Positions 11,589 to 24,114 of a DNA stretch of 64,000 nucleotides are shown in pieces. The position numbers and the translations under genes are program-made. The notes beneath the pieces were generated by a model. It searched no databases. It saw only the letters and a program-made list of their open reading frames with translations, and was not told where the DNA came from. Within the stretch, counting starts at the first letter, position 1, and each line of letters begins with the position of its first letter. The stretch is from Minutocellus sp. GHC0000111. Lineage: Eukaryota. The DNA lies in assembly GCA_977018835.1 (NCBI GenBank), contig OZ361258.1, forward strand, positions 3,968,001 through 4,032,000, written 5' to 3'.

Positions 11589-13566
11589 ATGCCCCTCCTC
11601 GAAGGTCTGGTCAACGGCGTCGACGGAGAGGGAGGCCTCCCGGCCCTCCTCCTCGACAACCTCTTCGTCACCGTCCCGCTCCTCCTCACCCTGGCCGTTC
11701 TGTTCTTCCTCCGTCCTCGCAAGGCCGGATCGAAATACAAGGATGCTCCTCCCATGGTCACCAAGTCGACCGTCAGCTCGGTACCGCTGCTAGGACCGGC
11801 CATCGAGTTCGGCAAGAGTCCCGTCAAGATGGTCAAGCGTTGTTATGACGACTACGGCCCCGTCTTCACCGTGCCGGTGCGTGCTGCTGCAGATCTGTGT
11901 CCTATGCTTGGCAGTAGGATGAGATGCATATGTTTTGTGCTGCTTTTTGCGCCTGGTCCCGTGGAGCATTGCTCCTTTGCATTCGATATATTGTCTGGAA
12001 CCGACATATGAGGATTGGCTTTCACGTCTCCGCCTGCGTGCAACGGACGGCATAGACAGACTTCAATAACATGTGGGCGTGGTATCTTCAGCCTGTCATG
12101 ACATGTATATTTTCTCACATCATTTGCTCCTCTTCCCTCGTCTGGTGCTTTGGTTTTTGGTTGGAACGAATTTTATCATGTGTGCATCGTTGATATCGAT
12201 GTCGATGAATGCCATGCAACTACTATGCATTGTGATTTGTGCTATTAATTTGATTGATTGGTGGTACGATGGATAAATAAATTGGCCAATTAATATTCAT
12301 ATCTGCTCCGCTCAGATCGCCAACCAGCGCCTGACCTTCCTGGTCGGGCCGGAGGCCCAGGAGCCCTTCTGCAAATGTCCCGACGAGGTGCTGTCCCAGC
12401 AGGAGGTGTACCAGTTCATGAAGCCCGTCTTCGGGCCCGGCGTCGTGTACGATGCCACCAAGAAGCGGAGGCAGGTGCAGTTCCAGTCCATGGCCAACGG
12501 CCTGCGCAACAACCGCCTCAAGTCGTACGTGGCCAAGATCGAGCGCGAAACGCGGACATTCCTCAAGCAGGAGTGGGGGGAGTCCGGCGAGGTCGATATG
12601 CTCCATGCCCTATCGGACTTGACCATCCTCACGGCCTCGCGGTGTCTTCACGGCGACGATGTGAGGGAAACCCTCTTCAAGGAGGTCAGTCAGCTGTATC
12701 ACGATCTGGACCAGGGCGTCACCCCCCTCACGGTGTTCCTGCCCAACCTCCCCACCAAGGCCCATCTGAAGCGCAATGCCGCCCGGAAGGAGATGATCTC
12801 GCTCTTCTCCAAGGTCATCAAGAACCGGAGGGAGAACCCCAACGAACGTCACTCGGACGGCACCGACATCCTGTCGATCTTCATGGACATCAAGTACAAG
12901 GACGGCACCCCCATCACCGACGAGGAGGTGACCGGCCTCCTCATCGCCCTCCTCTTCGCCGGACAGCACACCTCGTGCATCACCTCGACGTGGACCTCGC
13001 TCTTCATCTCGCACAATCCCGAAATCATGAAGCGCGTCATGGAGGAGCAGGCCGAGATCTTTGCCAAGAATCCCGACGCCCCCCTCGACCTCGACAGCAT
13101 CAACAACATGGAGCTGCTGCACAACTGCATGAAGGAGGCCCTCCGCCTCTGCCCGCCCCTCATCCTGCTCATCCGCAAGGCGTTGAAGGACGTGCCCGTC
13201 AGCGCCGCCGGCAAGTCCTACACCATCCCCAAGGGCGACATGGTCCTCATCAGCCCCAGCGTCGGCATGAGACTGCCGGAGGTGTTTAGCGATCCCGAAA
13301 CCTTCGACCCCGACCGATACGCTCCCGGCCGGGAGGAGCACAAGTCCAGCCCCTACGCCTACGTGGCGTTCGGTGGGGGCATGCACTCGTGCATGGGGCA
13401 GAATTTCGGATATCTTCAGGTGAAGACTATCCTCAGCGTGCTGTTCCGGGAGTACGAGATCGAGATGGTCAACAAGGACATGCCGGATATCGACTACGAG
13501 GCCATGGTGGTGGGTCCCAAGGGCGATTGCCGAATCCGCTACAAGAAGCGAAGCAAGAAGAATTAA
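11589..13566 (+). CDS. CYP51: Sterol 14-alpha-demethylase (cytochrome P450 family 51)
   Basis: Exons 11589-11876 and 12316-13566 (GT-AG intron, phase 0). N-terminal TM anchor. Motifs VYQFMKPVFGPGVVYD, ALLFAGQHTS (I-helix), KEALR (ExxR), FDPDRY and heme-binding FGGGMHSCMG. Confidence 0.96.
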
Positions 13567-13712
13567 TTGGGAGGAGGCTTCTGGGAAGTGCAGTGCAGTA
13601 CAGTGGGTGGCTGGCTAGATAGCTAGTTTGGGTATTTCAGGAAATAGAATCTATCAGGATGGGATGGGAGTAGTGTGGTGGGGTGGAGAATGGATGGACC
13701 GATCGATACCGG

Positions 13713-13736
13713 CAGCCAGCCAGCCAGCCAGCCAGC
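13713..13736. repeat. (CAGC)6 microsatellite
   Basis: Read directly; lies 3' of CYP51. Confidence 0.85.
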
Positions 13737-14583
13737 CCAAAAAAAGCATCCCAACAAGACTCTGGCTAGCTAAGGATGCCCTACTTATTTACATGTAATT
13801 GTAAACGATCTGATATGTAAAAATACGGTACAATGCATCAGGTGCACTGGCTGGCTTTGGATCATCACCATCGATTGTGTCGTTTTTCTGTCAAAGCCGT
13901 GAAAAGTGGGTTAGATCTACGGTGTATAGGGGGAGGGACCAACTTCCGGGGAACATTTTCCGGGGAAATCCCCAGAATCTCCCCGAATTTCCACAACCTC
14001 TCAGAACCCCCAACGCCGCACACACAGCTAGGCTACCTAGGCCTAGGTACGTAGCTGCTACACTAGTCTAGGCTACCAGAGGGTGCGGTGGCCGATAGAG
14101 TATCAAACGGCAGAGCAGCGCTCCGTCTCCCTCGCGCAAAGGACCGCGCGTACAAAGCTACCGGAAGCGCGGATAGTTGATCGGTCCAGCTTGCTTCGTC
14201 GCCGGAGTTTCCCAAGGCCCGACCCTCTTTCACCCGAAAAATTACACGGGCCTGTTGTACCGTTTTTTTATCCGAAACGAGCGGAGAGGGCCGGCCGCAG
14301 ATTGCTTAGCGCTTGAGTCAGCGCTGCACCTCTGCTCTTGGTCGAAACGATCCAATTGGTAGAGTTAGTTGGCGAGCGGTGCAGATAGGACTGTTCGATT
14401 GGTACCGACCGCCCGTGGGGAAAAAACAACCGCTCAGCTCGAAACGTGCGTGCGGTATCCGTCTGAGCCAGTCAGTCACTGCCCTCGCCGATAATCAAAT
14501 TTAATTGGCCGTCCCTCCGAGTTCGAGTTCTCGTAAGATCCCAAGAAAGGCAACCAAGCAACCAGCCAACCAACAACAAAAAA

Positions 14584-17500
14584 ATGGCGGCGGCGGCACC
14601 CACGGAAATGGACACAGTGGCCCAGCGCCTCCTGGACCCCGCCGCCAACAAGGGGGAATTCGACGTCCCCCTCCTCGATCAGGTGGTCGCCGCCGCGTAC
14701 GATCCGACCTCCCCCCACCGCGCCGCGGCCAACAAGCAGCTCATGACGCTGCAGGAGGCCCCCGACCTTTGGACCAAGGCCGATGCCATCTTGGAGCGGA
14801 GTCAGAATCCCCAGGCCAGGTTCTTCGGGCTGCAGGTTTTGGACGATGCCATTCGGGTTCGGTGAGTCACGTCAGTTCCGTTGCGGTGGTGCGGTGCAGC
14901 GGTGCCATCTCGTGCATTGCTGTGCGGTGCGGATTGCACTATGTATTATTGTATCCCAGCAGGCCTTGCTTTGGCATCGTCTTGTGTTGGTATGTTGGTA
15001 TTATCTTCTACTCGCCCACCTCACTCATTTTGCACACTTTTACTTACCCACTCTGCCCGAACCGCCACCACCATCACACACACGCACACACCCACAATGC
15101 AGATGGAAGGTGATGCCCCCAGAACAGCGGGAGGGCATCAAGAACTACGTCGTCGGCAAGGTCATCTCCATGTCGTCCGACGGGGCCACCATGAACTCCG
15201 AGAAGGTGTTCATCTCCAAGCTCAACCTCACCCTCGTGCAGATCCTCAAGCAGGAGTGGCCGCACAACTGGCCGTCCTTCATCCCCGACCTCGTCGGCAG
15301 TTCCAAAACCTCGGAGGTGCTGTGCGAGAACAACATGCAGATCCTCAAGCTGCTGTCGGAGGAGGTCTTCGACTTCTCCCGCGATCAGATGGTGACCGAA
15401 AAGGTGAAAAAGATGAAGGAATCGCTCAACTCGGAATTCTCCCAGATCTACCAGCTGTGCGAGTTCATCCTCGAGCACAGCCAGAGGCCGAGCCTCCTGC
15501 GGGTGACCCTCCAAACCCTCCAGCGATTCCTCACCTGGATCCCCCTCGGCTTCATCTTCCAGACCCAGCTCATCGATGCCCTCCTCAACAAGTTCTTTCC
15601 CGAGCCGCTGTTTCGCAACGATGCCCTGGAATGCCTCACGGAGATCGGCAACCTCACCGACCTCGATCCGCAGTACGATCCCCTCTTCCGGAAGCTGTTC
15701 GCCGGCTTCATCACCCGCCTCAACGGCATCTTCTCCCCGGAGACCGACCTCGGACCGGCCTTTGAGAACGGGTCCGAGGACGACTGCATCTTCATCCAGC
15801 GCCTCGCCCTGTTCCTGTCGGGGTTCTTCAAGGCCCATCTCCAGATATTGGAAACGGCCGAAAGTCAGCAGGCCCTCCTCACCGGTATGTTCTACCTGGT
15901 CCGCGTGTCCGAGGTGCCCGACACGGAGATCTTTCGCATCTGCCTCGAGGCGTGGCACATGCTGGCCCAGGACCTGTACCAGGCCGAGCACAAGTTCCAA
16001 TCGTCCATCGGGACGGGGACCCACGTCCTCAACCTCGGCGGCAGCGGAACGAGCAGCAACGGGTCGGCCAACGGCGTTGGCGGCGGTTCCAGCCGGAAAT
16101 TCATGTACGGTCCCGTCCTCACCGGCGTCCGGCAGGTGATGATCGCCAACATGGCCAAGCCCGAGGAGGTCCTCATCGTGGAGGACGAGAACGGCGATAT
16201 AGTCCGCGAAACGACCAAGGACACCGACGTCATCGCCCAGTACAAGACCATGCGGGAGACGCTGGTGTTCCTGACCCACCTGAACTGCGACGACACCGAG
16301 AGCATCATGCTGGCCAAGCTGACCGAGCAGGTCGACGGGACGGCGTGGTCGTGGAACAACCTCAATACGCTTTGCTGGGCCATCGGTTCGATCTCGGGGG
16401 CCATGTCCGAGGAGGAGGAGAAGCGCTTCCTCGTTACGGTCATCAAGGATCTGCTCGGACTGTGCGAGCAGAAGCGCGGGAAGGACAACAAGGCCGTCAT
16501 CGCCAGTAACATCATGTATGTCGTCGGCCAGTACCCCCGCTTCCTCAAGGCGCATTGGAAGTAAGTCAAGTAATGTGTTTCTCGGCCCGTTTTGGTGTCT
16601 GTTTGCTCCGTGATCCATTTGGTATCCAGTCATCGTCATCTCACATCATCTTTCTGTTTGCATTTCTATTCTACCTACCTCACAGATTCCTAAAGACGGT
16701 CGTCAATAAGCTGTTTGAATTTATGCACGAGAGTCACCCCGGCGTTCAGGATATGGCGTGCGATACATTTTTGAAGATCGCGACGAAGTGCAAGAGGAAG
16801 TTCGTGACGTTGCAGGCCGACGAGACGGCGCCGTTCATTTGCGAGCTGGTCGATTCGCTCCCCAGTATCATTAGCGATTTGGAGCCGCATCAGATCCAGG
16901 CCTTTTACGAGGCCGTCGGGTGCATGCTGAACGACCGCGGACCGTCGGTATCGATCGATCGGACGGCCCTCCAGGCCAAGTTGATGGAGCTTCCCAATCA
17001 GACGTGGCGCGTCATTATGGACCAGGCGGGGACCAACGTGGAGAGCCTCGTCCAGCCCAGCACGATCAAGGAGATTATCAAGATTTTGAAGGTGAACAAC
17101 CGCGTGTGCCACTCTGTCGGCTCGCTCTTCACGCATCAGCTCCAGACCTTCTTTTTGGACATGCTCAATGTGTACAAGGTGTATTCGGAGCGCATCTCTT
17201 CGGCCATTGCTCAGCAGGGTCCGATCGCGACGCAGATGAGTCTGACTCGTACCATGCGCAGCGCAAAGAAGGAGGTCCTCAGGCTTCTGATTGTGTTTAT
17301 CGATAAGAGCGGCCCACCGGAGGCCGACCCAAGTGCTGTGGCCCAGGGATTCATCCCGCCGGTTCTCGATCCTATTCTTGGCGATTACAAGCGGAACATT
17401 GCCGGTGCTCGTGACCCTGAGGTCCTTGCTCTCTTTACCACGGTGGTTCAGAAGCTGAAGAGCCATGTTCAGAACGATGTGCCGCGGATAATGGAGGCGG

Positions 17501-18246
17501 TATTCGAGTGTACCCTGCAAATGATCACGCAGAACTTTGAGGATTTCCCCGAGCATCGGATTCGGTTCTTTGAGTTCCTCCGCGCCATCAACCTTCATTG
17601 CTTCCCGGCTTTGTTCAACATTCCACCCGAGCATCAAAAGCTTGTGGTGGACTCCGTGGTCTGGGCAATGAAGCATACCGAACGCAATATTCAGGACACT
17701 GGTCTGGAGATTCTCAACGAGCTACTCACCAACGTAGGAAAGACCCCAGACGTAGCGCAGGGCTTTTACCAGCAATATCTGCTTTCCTTGATCCAGGACG
17801 TCTTTGCGGTAATGACTGACCGACTACACAAGTCGGGCTTCAAAATGCATGCCACTCTACTTCGTCATATGTTCCACTTGGTACAAATGAACCAGGTGAC
17901 CGTCCCTCTGTTTGATCCGGCGACCGCTCCGCCTGGCCAGACCAACCCCACCTTCTTGCGGGAGCACATGTCGAACCTCCTCATCACCAGTTTTCCCAAT
18001 GTGACCAAGACGCAAGTTTCCAAGTTTGTCGATGGTATGTTCGATCTGAAGATGGACCTGGCCACGTTCAAGACGCATCTGCGAGATTTTTTGATCCAGC
18101 TCAAGGAATTCAGTGTGGAGGAGAACAAGGATCTGTTCAGCGAGGAAGCCGAGGCCGAAGAGCGACGGAAGCAGGAGGCCATGCAGGCGCAACGGAGTGC
18201 CGTCCCAGGTCTTCTCAAGCCGAGCGAGATCGATGATGATTTGTAG
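14584..18246 (+). CDS. XPO1: Exportin-1 (CRM1)
   Basis: Exons 14584-14861, 15103-16560, 16686-18246, phase-consistent. Conserved blocks [101 protein letters not shown]-terminal [10 protein letters not shown]. Confidence 0.98.
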
Positions 18247-18701
18247 ACAAGGCAACAACGCCCCTGGCAATAGAGAACGTCACCCTCTCCTCTTGAGGCT
18301 TGTGTAACTCCAGATCTCTTTCCTTTGTGTAGCTAATGGGATACGCTCACTGTAGTAGAGACGTACATATAGACGCATGTTCAAACATCAAGTGTGTTTT
18401 CTTTATTATGCATACTTGTAGCGCCGATCCGAGTTCTGCTGCTACGTTAGCCTTGCCAAATGGCGAATGTACGACGTGTAAACAAATATCTCCTCGCCAG
18501 CATCGCTTTTGCTCTTAGCTCATCAACGACAAAGGTATTACCGTCTCCATACATCGGGATCACGCGCTTCGTGGCAATCGGTTCGATATAGTCTCTTCGC
18601 CTCATTCACCGAATGCATCTTTCTTTCACGAGATGTGCACACAGCATAGCAAATACAACCTCGCTGGCAACTACGTAGCTAGAAGCTAGCTAGCCTAGCT
18701 C

Positions 18702-19574
18702 CTAGTACGGAAGATTGATGAGGACCATGCCATTCTTCTCTCCCAAATCATACGTCTGCAGCGGCACCTTCTCCTGCGCCGACATCAATCCCTTGACGAT
18801 CCCGCCCAAAAATCCCGCTCCGCCGGCATCCTCCACGCGTTCGCCCGTTCGGCTGTTGAACGTCGCCGAGCAAAAGTCGCAGCACACTCTGGGATCCGAC
18901 CCGGTCTCGTCGGTGGGATCCAACACCTTGGCCTTAGCCAAGGGGACCTTGCACGACGGGCAGGACGAAGCGAAGCAGTACGTCTTGCCCTTGAAGTTGA
19001 CCACCGACACGGCACCGGTCGGGTTGACGGCGCCGTCGATCAGGGTTGGTGCCTGAGTGTCGACAAACTTGACCTGACGTTCGTAGTTCGTAGTAGTTAT
19101 CAACAAAGAAGGAGGACGACAAGGAGGAAAAGAGATTAGAAGTTGGTTTCTATGCGAGTGATGGCTGTATTTGCCTATATCAATTTATATCCGTGCAAAA
19201 GTTCATTTCCGAAGATTCATCGATCAGTTCCACACCTACTACGATATATGGGCACGCACCTTGTTCTCCTCCTGGGGAAGGTCCTTCATCGACTGGAGTC
19301 CGGCGACGGGGACCCAGCTGGCGGTCTTGCCCGCGGAGGTGGCGGTGGGGGCATCGCCGCCCAGGCCCTTTACCGCCTTTTGCGATGCGTTGCCACCGCC
19401 GATGCCGGCCAGATCCTTGGACCGGCGGCCCTTGGCCTGCAGTTCCGTTGCGGCCGAGTGCTGGTGGTGCCTGACGGTGGGAACTGGGGCGCCTACAAAG
19501 GCTGAGCACTGTGTTGCGACGGCGACGGTACCAGTGAGTGCCGCGACGGCGGCGAGCTTGGCAGTGGAGGGCAT
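18702..19574 (-). CDS. Plastid-targeted Rieske-like domain protein with non-canonical (CxxC/CxxC) ligand set
   Basis: Exons 19574-19260 and 19073-18702 (GT-AG, phase 0). Signal peptide plus CSA-FV motif. WVPV..YCFASSCPSCKVPL..RVCCDFCSATFNSRTG..LQTY follows the Rieske ferredoxin layout. Confidence 0.75.
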
Positions 19575-19928
19575 GGCTGTGGAAGTATAATTTGGATGTA
19601 GCGAGTTGCTATTATGTGCTTGGATAGTGCGTATCTTGCGGTGGTTGATTGTTGCATGCGAGTCGTTTGCTCGTCAGCGAGAATCGTCGAGTCATCATCA
19701 TCTGGCCATCGCATCACTGAGTCAGAAGATAACACAGGAGCTCGTAAAACAAAATTCCAGCATGTGTTGTGCCTGTTATGTACGAGGTCTTGAAATGTTT
19801 TAAAAAACGCACCCGACCCGCCAAAGCGGGCACTCCATCAATCAGCTTCCACAAACAGCAGCCCAGACGAGTCTCTCACTTATCCTTTCCAAGCCCAACC
19901 AAAACAAACACACATAATTAATAGCATC

Positions 19929-20462
19929 ATGCGTTCCACATCTCTGATCTTCGCCGCTGGTCTGGCCTCGTCCGCCGCCTTTGCTCCGTCTGCTACTACC
20001 GGTAGAAGTACAAGTTCTCTGAGCATGTCCAAGGGATTTGGCAAGGAAGCACCCAAGCGGGAGGTGTCGGAGGGTGCCAAGAAGCGCGCGTCGGAATCGA
20101 GCAAGTACGACGAGATCTCCGCGACCGGCGGCCAGGAGTACTCCGTCTTCATCCGTCAGTTCGGTTCCGACGATTCCAGCTGGCTGCCGTGCGGTGCCAT
20201 TGCTGTTCCCCGCGGCGGGCAGGTGTCCGACGCCATCTTTGCCAACGAGGCCGACCTCAAGAAGGCCATTGTGAGGACGTACCCCAAGCTGCAGGGGCAG
20301 GAGGATGAGTTTGAATTCGGGTTCAACTTGAAGGTGTATCCCGACGATCCCGTCGAGGTGGCCGTCAAGGGCGGTGCCAAGAGCGACGGACCCAGCATTG
20401 GCAACTGGATCTCCAACGTCCTTTCCCCCGTGGACAACTCCCAAGTCAAGCCGCAGAACTAG
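19929..20462 (+). CDS. Plastid-targeted HHL1-like protein (putative PSII repair factor)
   Basis: Signal peptide plus SAA-FAP motif. Core EYSVFIR..WLPCGAIAVPR..AIFANEADLKKAIVRTYPKL..EFEFGFNLK resembles cyanobacterial/plant HHL1-like proteins as recalled from memory. Confidence 0.7.
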   Translation: MRSTSLIFAAGLASSAAFAPSATTGRSTSSLSMSKGFGKEAPKREVSEGAKKRASESSKYDEISATGGQEYSVFIRQFGSDDSSWLPCGAIAVPRGGQVSDAIFANEADLKKAIVRTYPKLQGQEDEFEFGFNLKVYPDDPVEVAVKGGAKSDGPSIGNWISNVLSPVDNSQVKPQN

Positions 20463-20603
20463 CTATCTAGACTGACTCGGCGAATGGTGTCGATTGGCAT
20501 ATTTAGCCACGCCGTGCACTGTTCTTGTTTGTTTATAGCTAAATATAGAATTTTCATGAGCGATGCGATAGTATTCATTTCATTGATTTATTAGTTGCTC
20601 AAG

Positions 20604-21879
20604 CTATCTTGACCCCAAGGAACGGATATTGGAAAGATTGCGTCGGATTGTATATGTCCTGTTTGGTTGTGCTGGGATCCAAAAAGAAGTCGGATTGTAT
20701 ATGTCCTGTTTGGTTGTGCTGGGATCCAAAAAGAAGGCATCGATGGCGGTATCGATTCCAAAGTGCTTCAACGACGCTCGGGTAAGGGCAGTAACCACAG
20801 AACCATTCAGGCTGAGACCCTGGCCCTCCCTTAGTAGTGACTGCGCTCCCAGGCTAATATCGTCGTCGACTGCGATGGTGTCGACTTCGCCAAAGTCGTC
20901 GTATGGCACTGCGATCTCCCAATGCCCAACTATTCCGCCGGCTTGCAATACATCCAAAGCTGAGCTGAGCGTGCCCAGTGCATCTAGCAGATCTCCCTCT
21001 TCATATGCCAAATCTCCCTTGTCATCCTCAGTCAAAGGGGGGAACGGACTCTTGAAGCTCTGACGATTGGCCAATCTAGAAGGGACGAGTGGAGGGGAAT
21101 TGACAAACAATAGTTGTTCCCCAAACTTGAGCTCGAAGTTGGCAGCTGCCAATCTTGCAGCTTTGGGATCTTTGTTTGCCAACAATATATCTCCAAATGC
21201 TCGCATTTGTAGAGTATACTCTTCGATTGTAGCTACTTCTCTTTCGTTCGTCTTCGTTGGATACGTCCTCAGCCCTGGCAAATGAAGGTCCGACAAGCTT
21301 ATCAACACTATCGACCTTTTGCCATATTGCATCTTTGCTAATGCCCAATATTCCTGCAAGAGCATCCTCAGCTGATTCTAGCACCGTATTTGCCAAAGCT
21401 GCATTGAGGCTCAACAAGGGCTCAGGCTTGCAAAGCCCCCCCAACACAGGGTTGCCCACTCGACTTCCATCTTTTCGGAAACCATTGTCATACAACCGTC
21501 TGCCCGTGTTGGGATCACACTTGTTCTCGTCTCTCAACGAATCACTGAACCGTTCCCACCCTTCGTCCAACGTGTCGGCAATCTGAGCCGATTTCACGGT
21601 AGCCTTCCGGATGGACGTACCGAGAGATGACCTGGTGACGGCGGCTATGCCATCTATGTCATCAGTCGCTGATGCCAACGTGGATGGTGATGCCGATGCA
21701 GGAAGAGGCACACATGCAGCCGTAAAGGCAGCCGATGCGAGACCAGAGAGAATGGACCGCCGGTCGACATCAGCATTAGTTGTGCTACATTTTGAAGTTG
21801 TGATTGGCTCATGCGAAAATCCTTCAGCCGCCACCACTAAGGAGAGGATAGCGCCGGCAATCGGTACTGATGGCTTCAT
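20604..21879 (-). CDS. Putative thylakoid-lumen (Tat-exported) protein of unknown function, frameshifted in this sequence
   Basis: ATG 21879: signal peptide MKPSVPIAGAILSLVVAAEG-F, then twin-arginine signal DRRSILSGLASAAFTAACVPLPASA. The two ORFs join if one A is removed from the run at 21206-21208 (..VYSTMRAFG..). The 3' end contains a 47-bp duplication. Confidence 0.65.
20642..20735. repeat. 47-bp exact tandem duplication inside the 3' end of a CDS
   Basis: GTCGGATTGTATATGTCCTGTTTGGTTGTGCTGGGATCCAAAAAGAA at 20642-20688 and 20689-20735. Confidence 0.92.
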
Positions 21880-22175
21880 CTCGAGAAATAATGAGTCATG
21901 GCACATCGCGCGCAAGCGCAAGGCAATGCCATACGTAAGTATTTCGTACGTAGATTACACGAATATGACAATAAACTCATGCATTTTGGTATTGCAACCA
22001 TCCAACGCTCAAGCCCTACGTAGCTAGTGCAACCATGCACCATACCATACCAGTCTCACAAATAAATGAAGGCTCCAAGGGTGCCATTCAAGCGGGAAAG
22101 ACACCAGCAAGAGGCAACAGGACAAAGAGAAACGGCAAGCGGTGGAGCTTATTGACAGGCCTTGGTATTCCGAGA

Positions 22176-22939
22176 ATGACATTTCGCCAAATACCCGCCC
22201 CGACGCTCATTCTCGCGGCCGCACTCTGGAGCAGCCAATGGCTCGTCGGTGTGTCGGCCTCGTTCTCCATGGTCGTCGAGCATGGCGTGGAGGAATGCTT
22301 TGTCATCCGAGCGCCGAAGGAGAAGAGCGTTATTAGGTACGTTTCCCTCATCAGCCCGTATTTTTCCTCGCCATATATATGTATTCTTACTCATGTTGTG
22401 CCATCGCTCCTCCTAATTATTTTAGCGGCAACTACGACCAGCTCGACGACGAATTGCCGGCCGACCCCCTCCGTGTGACTCTATTTGATGCAGACGAAAA
22501 GAAAATTTGGTCATCTCCCCTTGGTGCTCCGGAGGGTACCTTTTCTGTCACGACCACGGGCGGGCGGAACATGCTGTGCATTACCAACGGCATCGATTAC
22601 GACGACGATACGGGGAACGAGGACGATCGGACCGTCGGATTTGCCGTCCGAGTTCGGCCGGCCACGGTCCGAGCACAGGAGGAAAACGTCGAGGGACCGG
22701 ATACGCGGGTGATGACCAATCTGATTGAGATGAGTGAGGACTTGTTGGATGATTTTCAGGATTTGAACGATCATCAGGCCTATCTCAAGGTGAGGGAGGC
22801 CGAGCATAGGGATTTGACCGAGGCAACGTACAGCAGAATTGTAAGATGGACGGTGCTGGAGGCATTGGTTCTGATGGCAATAGCGGGCGGACAGGTCATG
22901 TATCTGAAGAAATTCTTCGAGCAGAAGCGGTATCTATAG
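22176..22939 (+). CDS. p24/TMED (emp24/gp25L) GOLD-domain cargo receptor
   Basis: Exons 22176-22336 and 22426-22939. Signal peptide, EECF..C GOLD cysteines, coiled coil HQAYLKVREAEHR, TM, tail LKKFFEQKRYL. Confidence 0.9.
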
Positions 22940-23104
22940 GATTCCTAGTGTGGATTTGGCGATCGTTGTCGGTTTGTATGAAGCTAAGGAGCAATTTTAC
23001 TTGGAGAGCTACTGACTGCAATTACAGGCAGAGTCTCCACTCTAGCGAGCTGGTGAAATACATGTAAAGCTTTGTCGACGATCACAAAAAAAGCACTATG
23101 TTAT

Positions 23105-24114
23105 TCATAAATACTCAACCCGAATTATTCTACTGAGCATGGGGAAATCTTTGTAGGCAACCTTCGACCCTTTCGAAATGAGCACGCCCTGGCTTGGCCC
23201 GTCGTCGCCGTACTTCGAATACAAACGCTGAATCACATCCCAGCCGTCCTGAATAGTAGCAAAGGGCGTAAAACCTTGGGAGTCGAGCGAATAGTTGTCT
23301 GATAGATTCACAAATATTTGTGTTGTGCGGCTGTTTTCGCCTGATGTTGCAAAGGATAAAGTCCCCATTTCATTCCTTGCATACAGCAGGGGTGGATCGT
23401 CTTCTATTTCATTGTACGCGTACTTTCTGTTCAATCTTTTGTCGCTGCTAATGCCAAATTGCGCAACAAATTTATCAATCTGTCGCGGCCGCAAAGGATA
23501 CAGGTAGATGTACATAAAACGGAGAAAATGAGAAAAGTCGCATATTGAAATTCAAATACGACCCTTCACGCAATTCGCAGGCAAATCGAAATCAAACTTA
23601 CCACTCGAAAGAAGGGTGAGCCATCAAAGAAGCAGCTGTCGACTAACTCTTTGAATCTAGCACAACCTATCGGTGACCAAGCTTCTCTGAGGATAACGGT
23701 AAAGTGCTCGTCTTCTTCGGGGTTGGGGTTGGACATGTCATCATCTGGCGACACTTGGACGAAGAATCTCACCATCTCAACAGACTGCCCTTCGATCGGA
23801 CGAGGGCGCGATCCCGTTATTCTTCGATTACAGCGTCGGGTTTTGCATTGGTTGATGCACCGTTGGCGCAACTTCCGGGAGCTTTGCACCTTTCGGCGGC
23901 ACTGTCGGGCACACAAGACCGCATCGGATTGAAATGGTTTCTCCTTCAAAGGAGCATTGACAACAGAGAAAACGTTACTAATCCTTCGATCGTTTCGTCG
24001 TCTCAGCCCCTTCCGTCCTTTCTTGACCCCGAGAAAGTCAGAGTTTTCCGCTGAGACGCCAGAACTTATAACCGCATGGAGAAGTAACATCGAGATTACT
24101 TGCTTTGGCGTCAT
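23105..24114 (-). CDS. Secretory-pathway cyclophilin-type peptidyl-prolyl isomerase with basic Cys-rich N-terminal extension
   Basis: Exons 24114-23602 and 23479-23105. Signal peptide. WSPIGCARFKELV..FFRV|IDKFVAQFG..GTLSFATSGENSRTTQIFVNL..LDSQGFTPF. Confidence 0.88.

Noticed and set aside
14110..14336. Weak inverted repeat (GCAGAGCAGCGCT / AGCGCTGCACCTCTGC) as MITE ends
   Set aside because: Short and gapped, no target-site duplication, no second copy in the window.
2273..17676. Long antisense or alternative-frame ORFs (e.g. 2273-3151 +, 3206-4120 +, 15074-16639 -, 16690-17676 -)
   Set aside because: They shadow real GC3-rich genes, which suppresses stops in other frames, and have no protein motifs.
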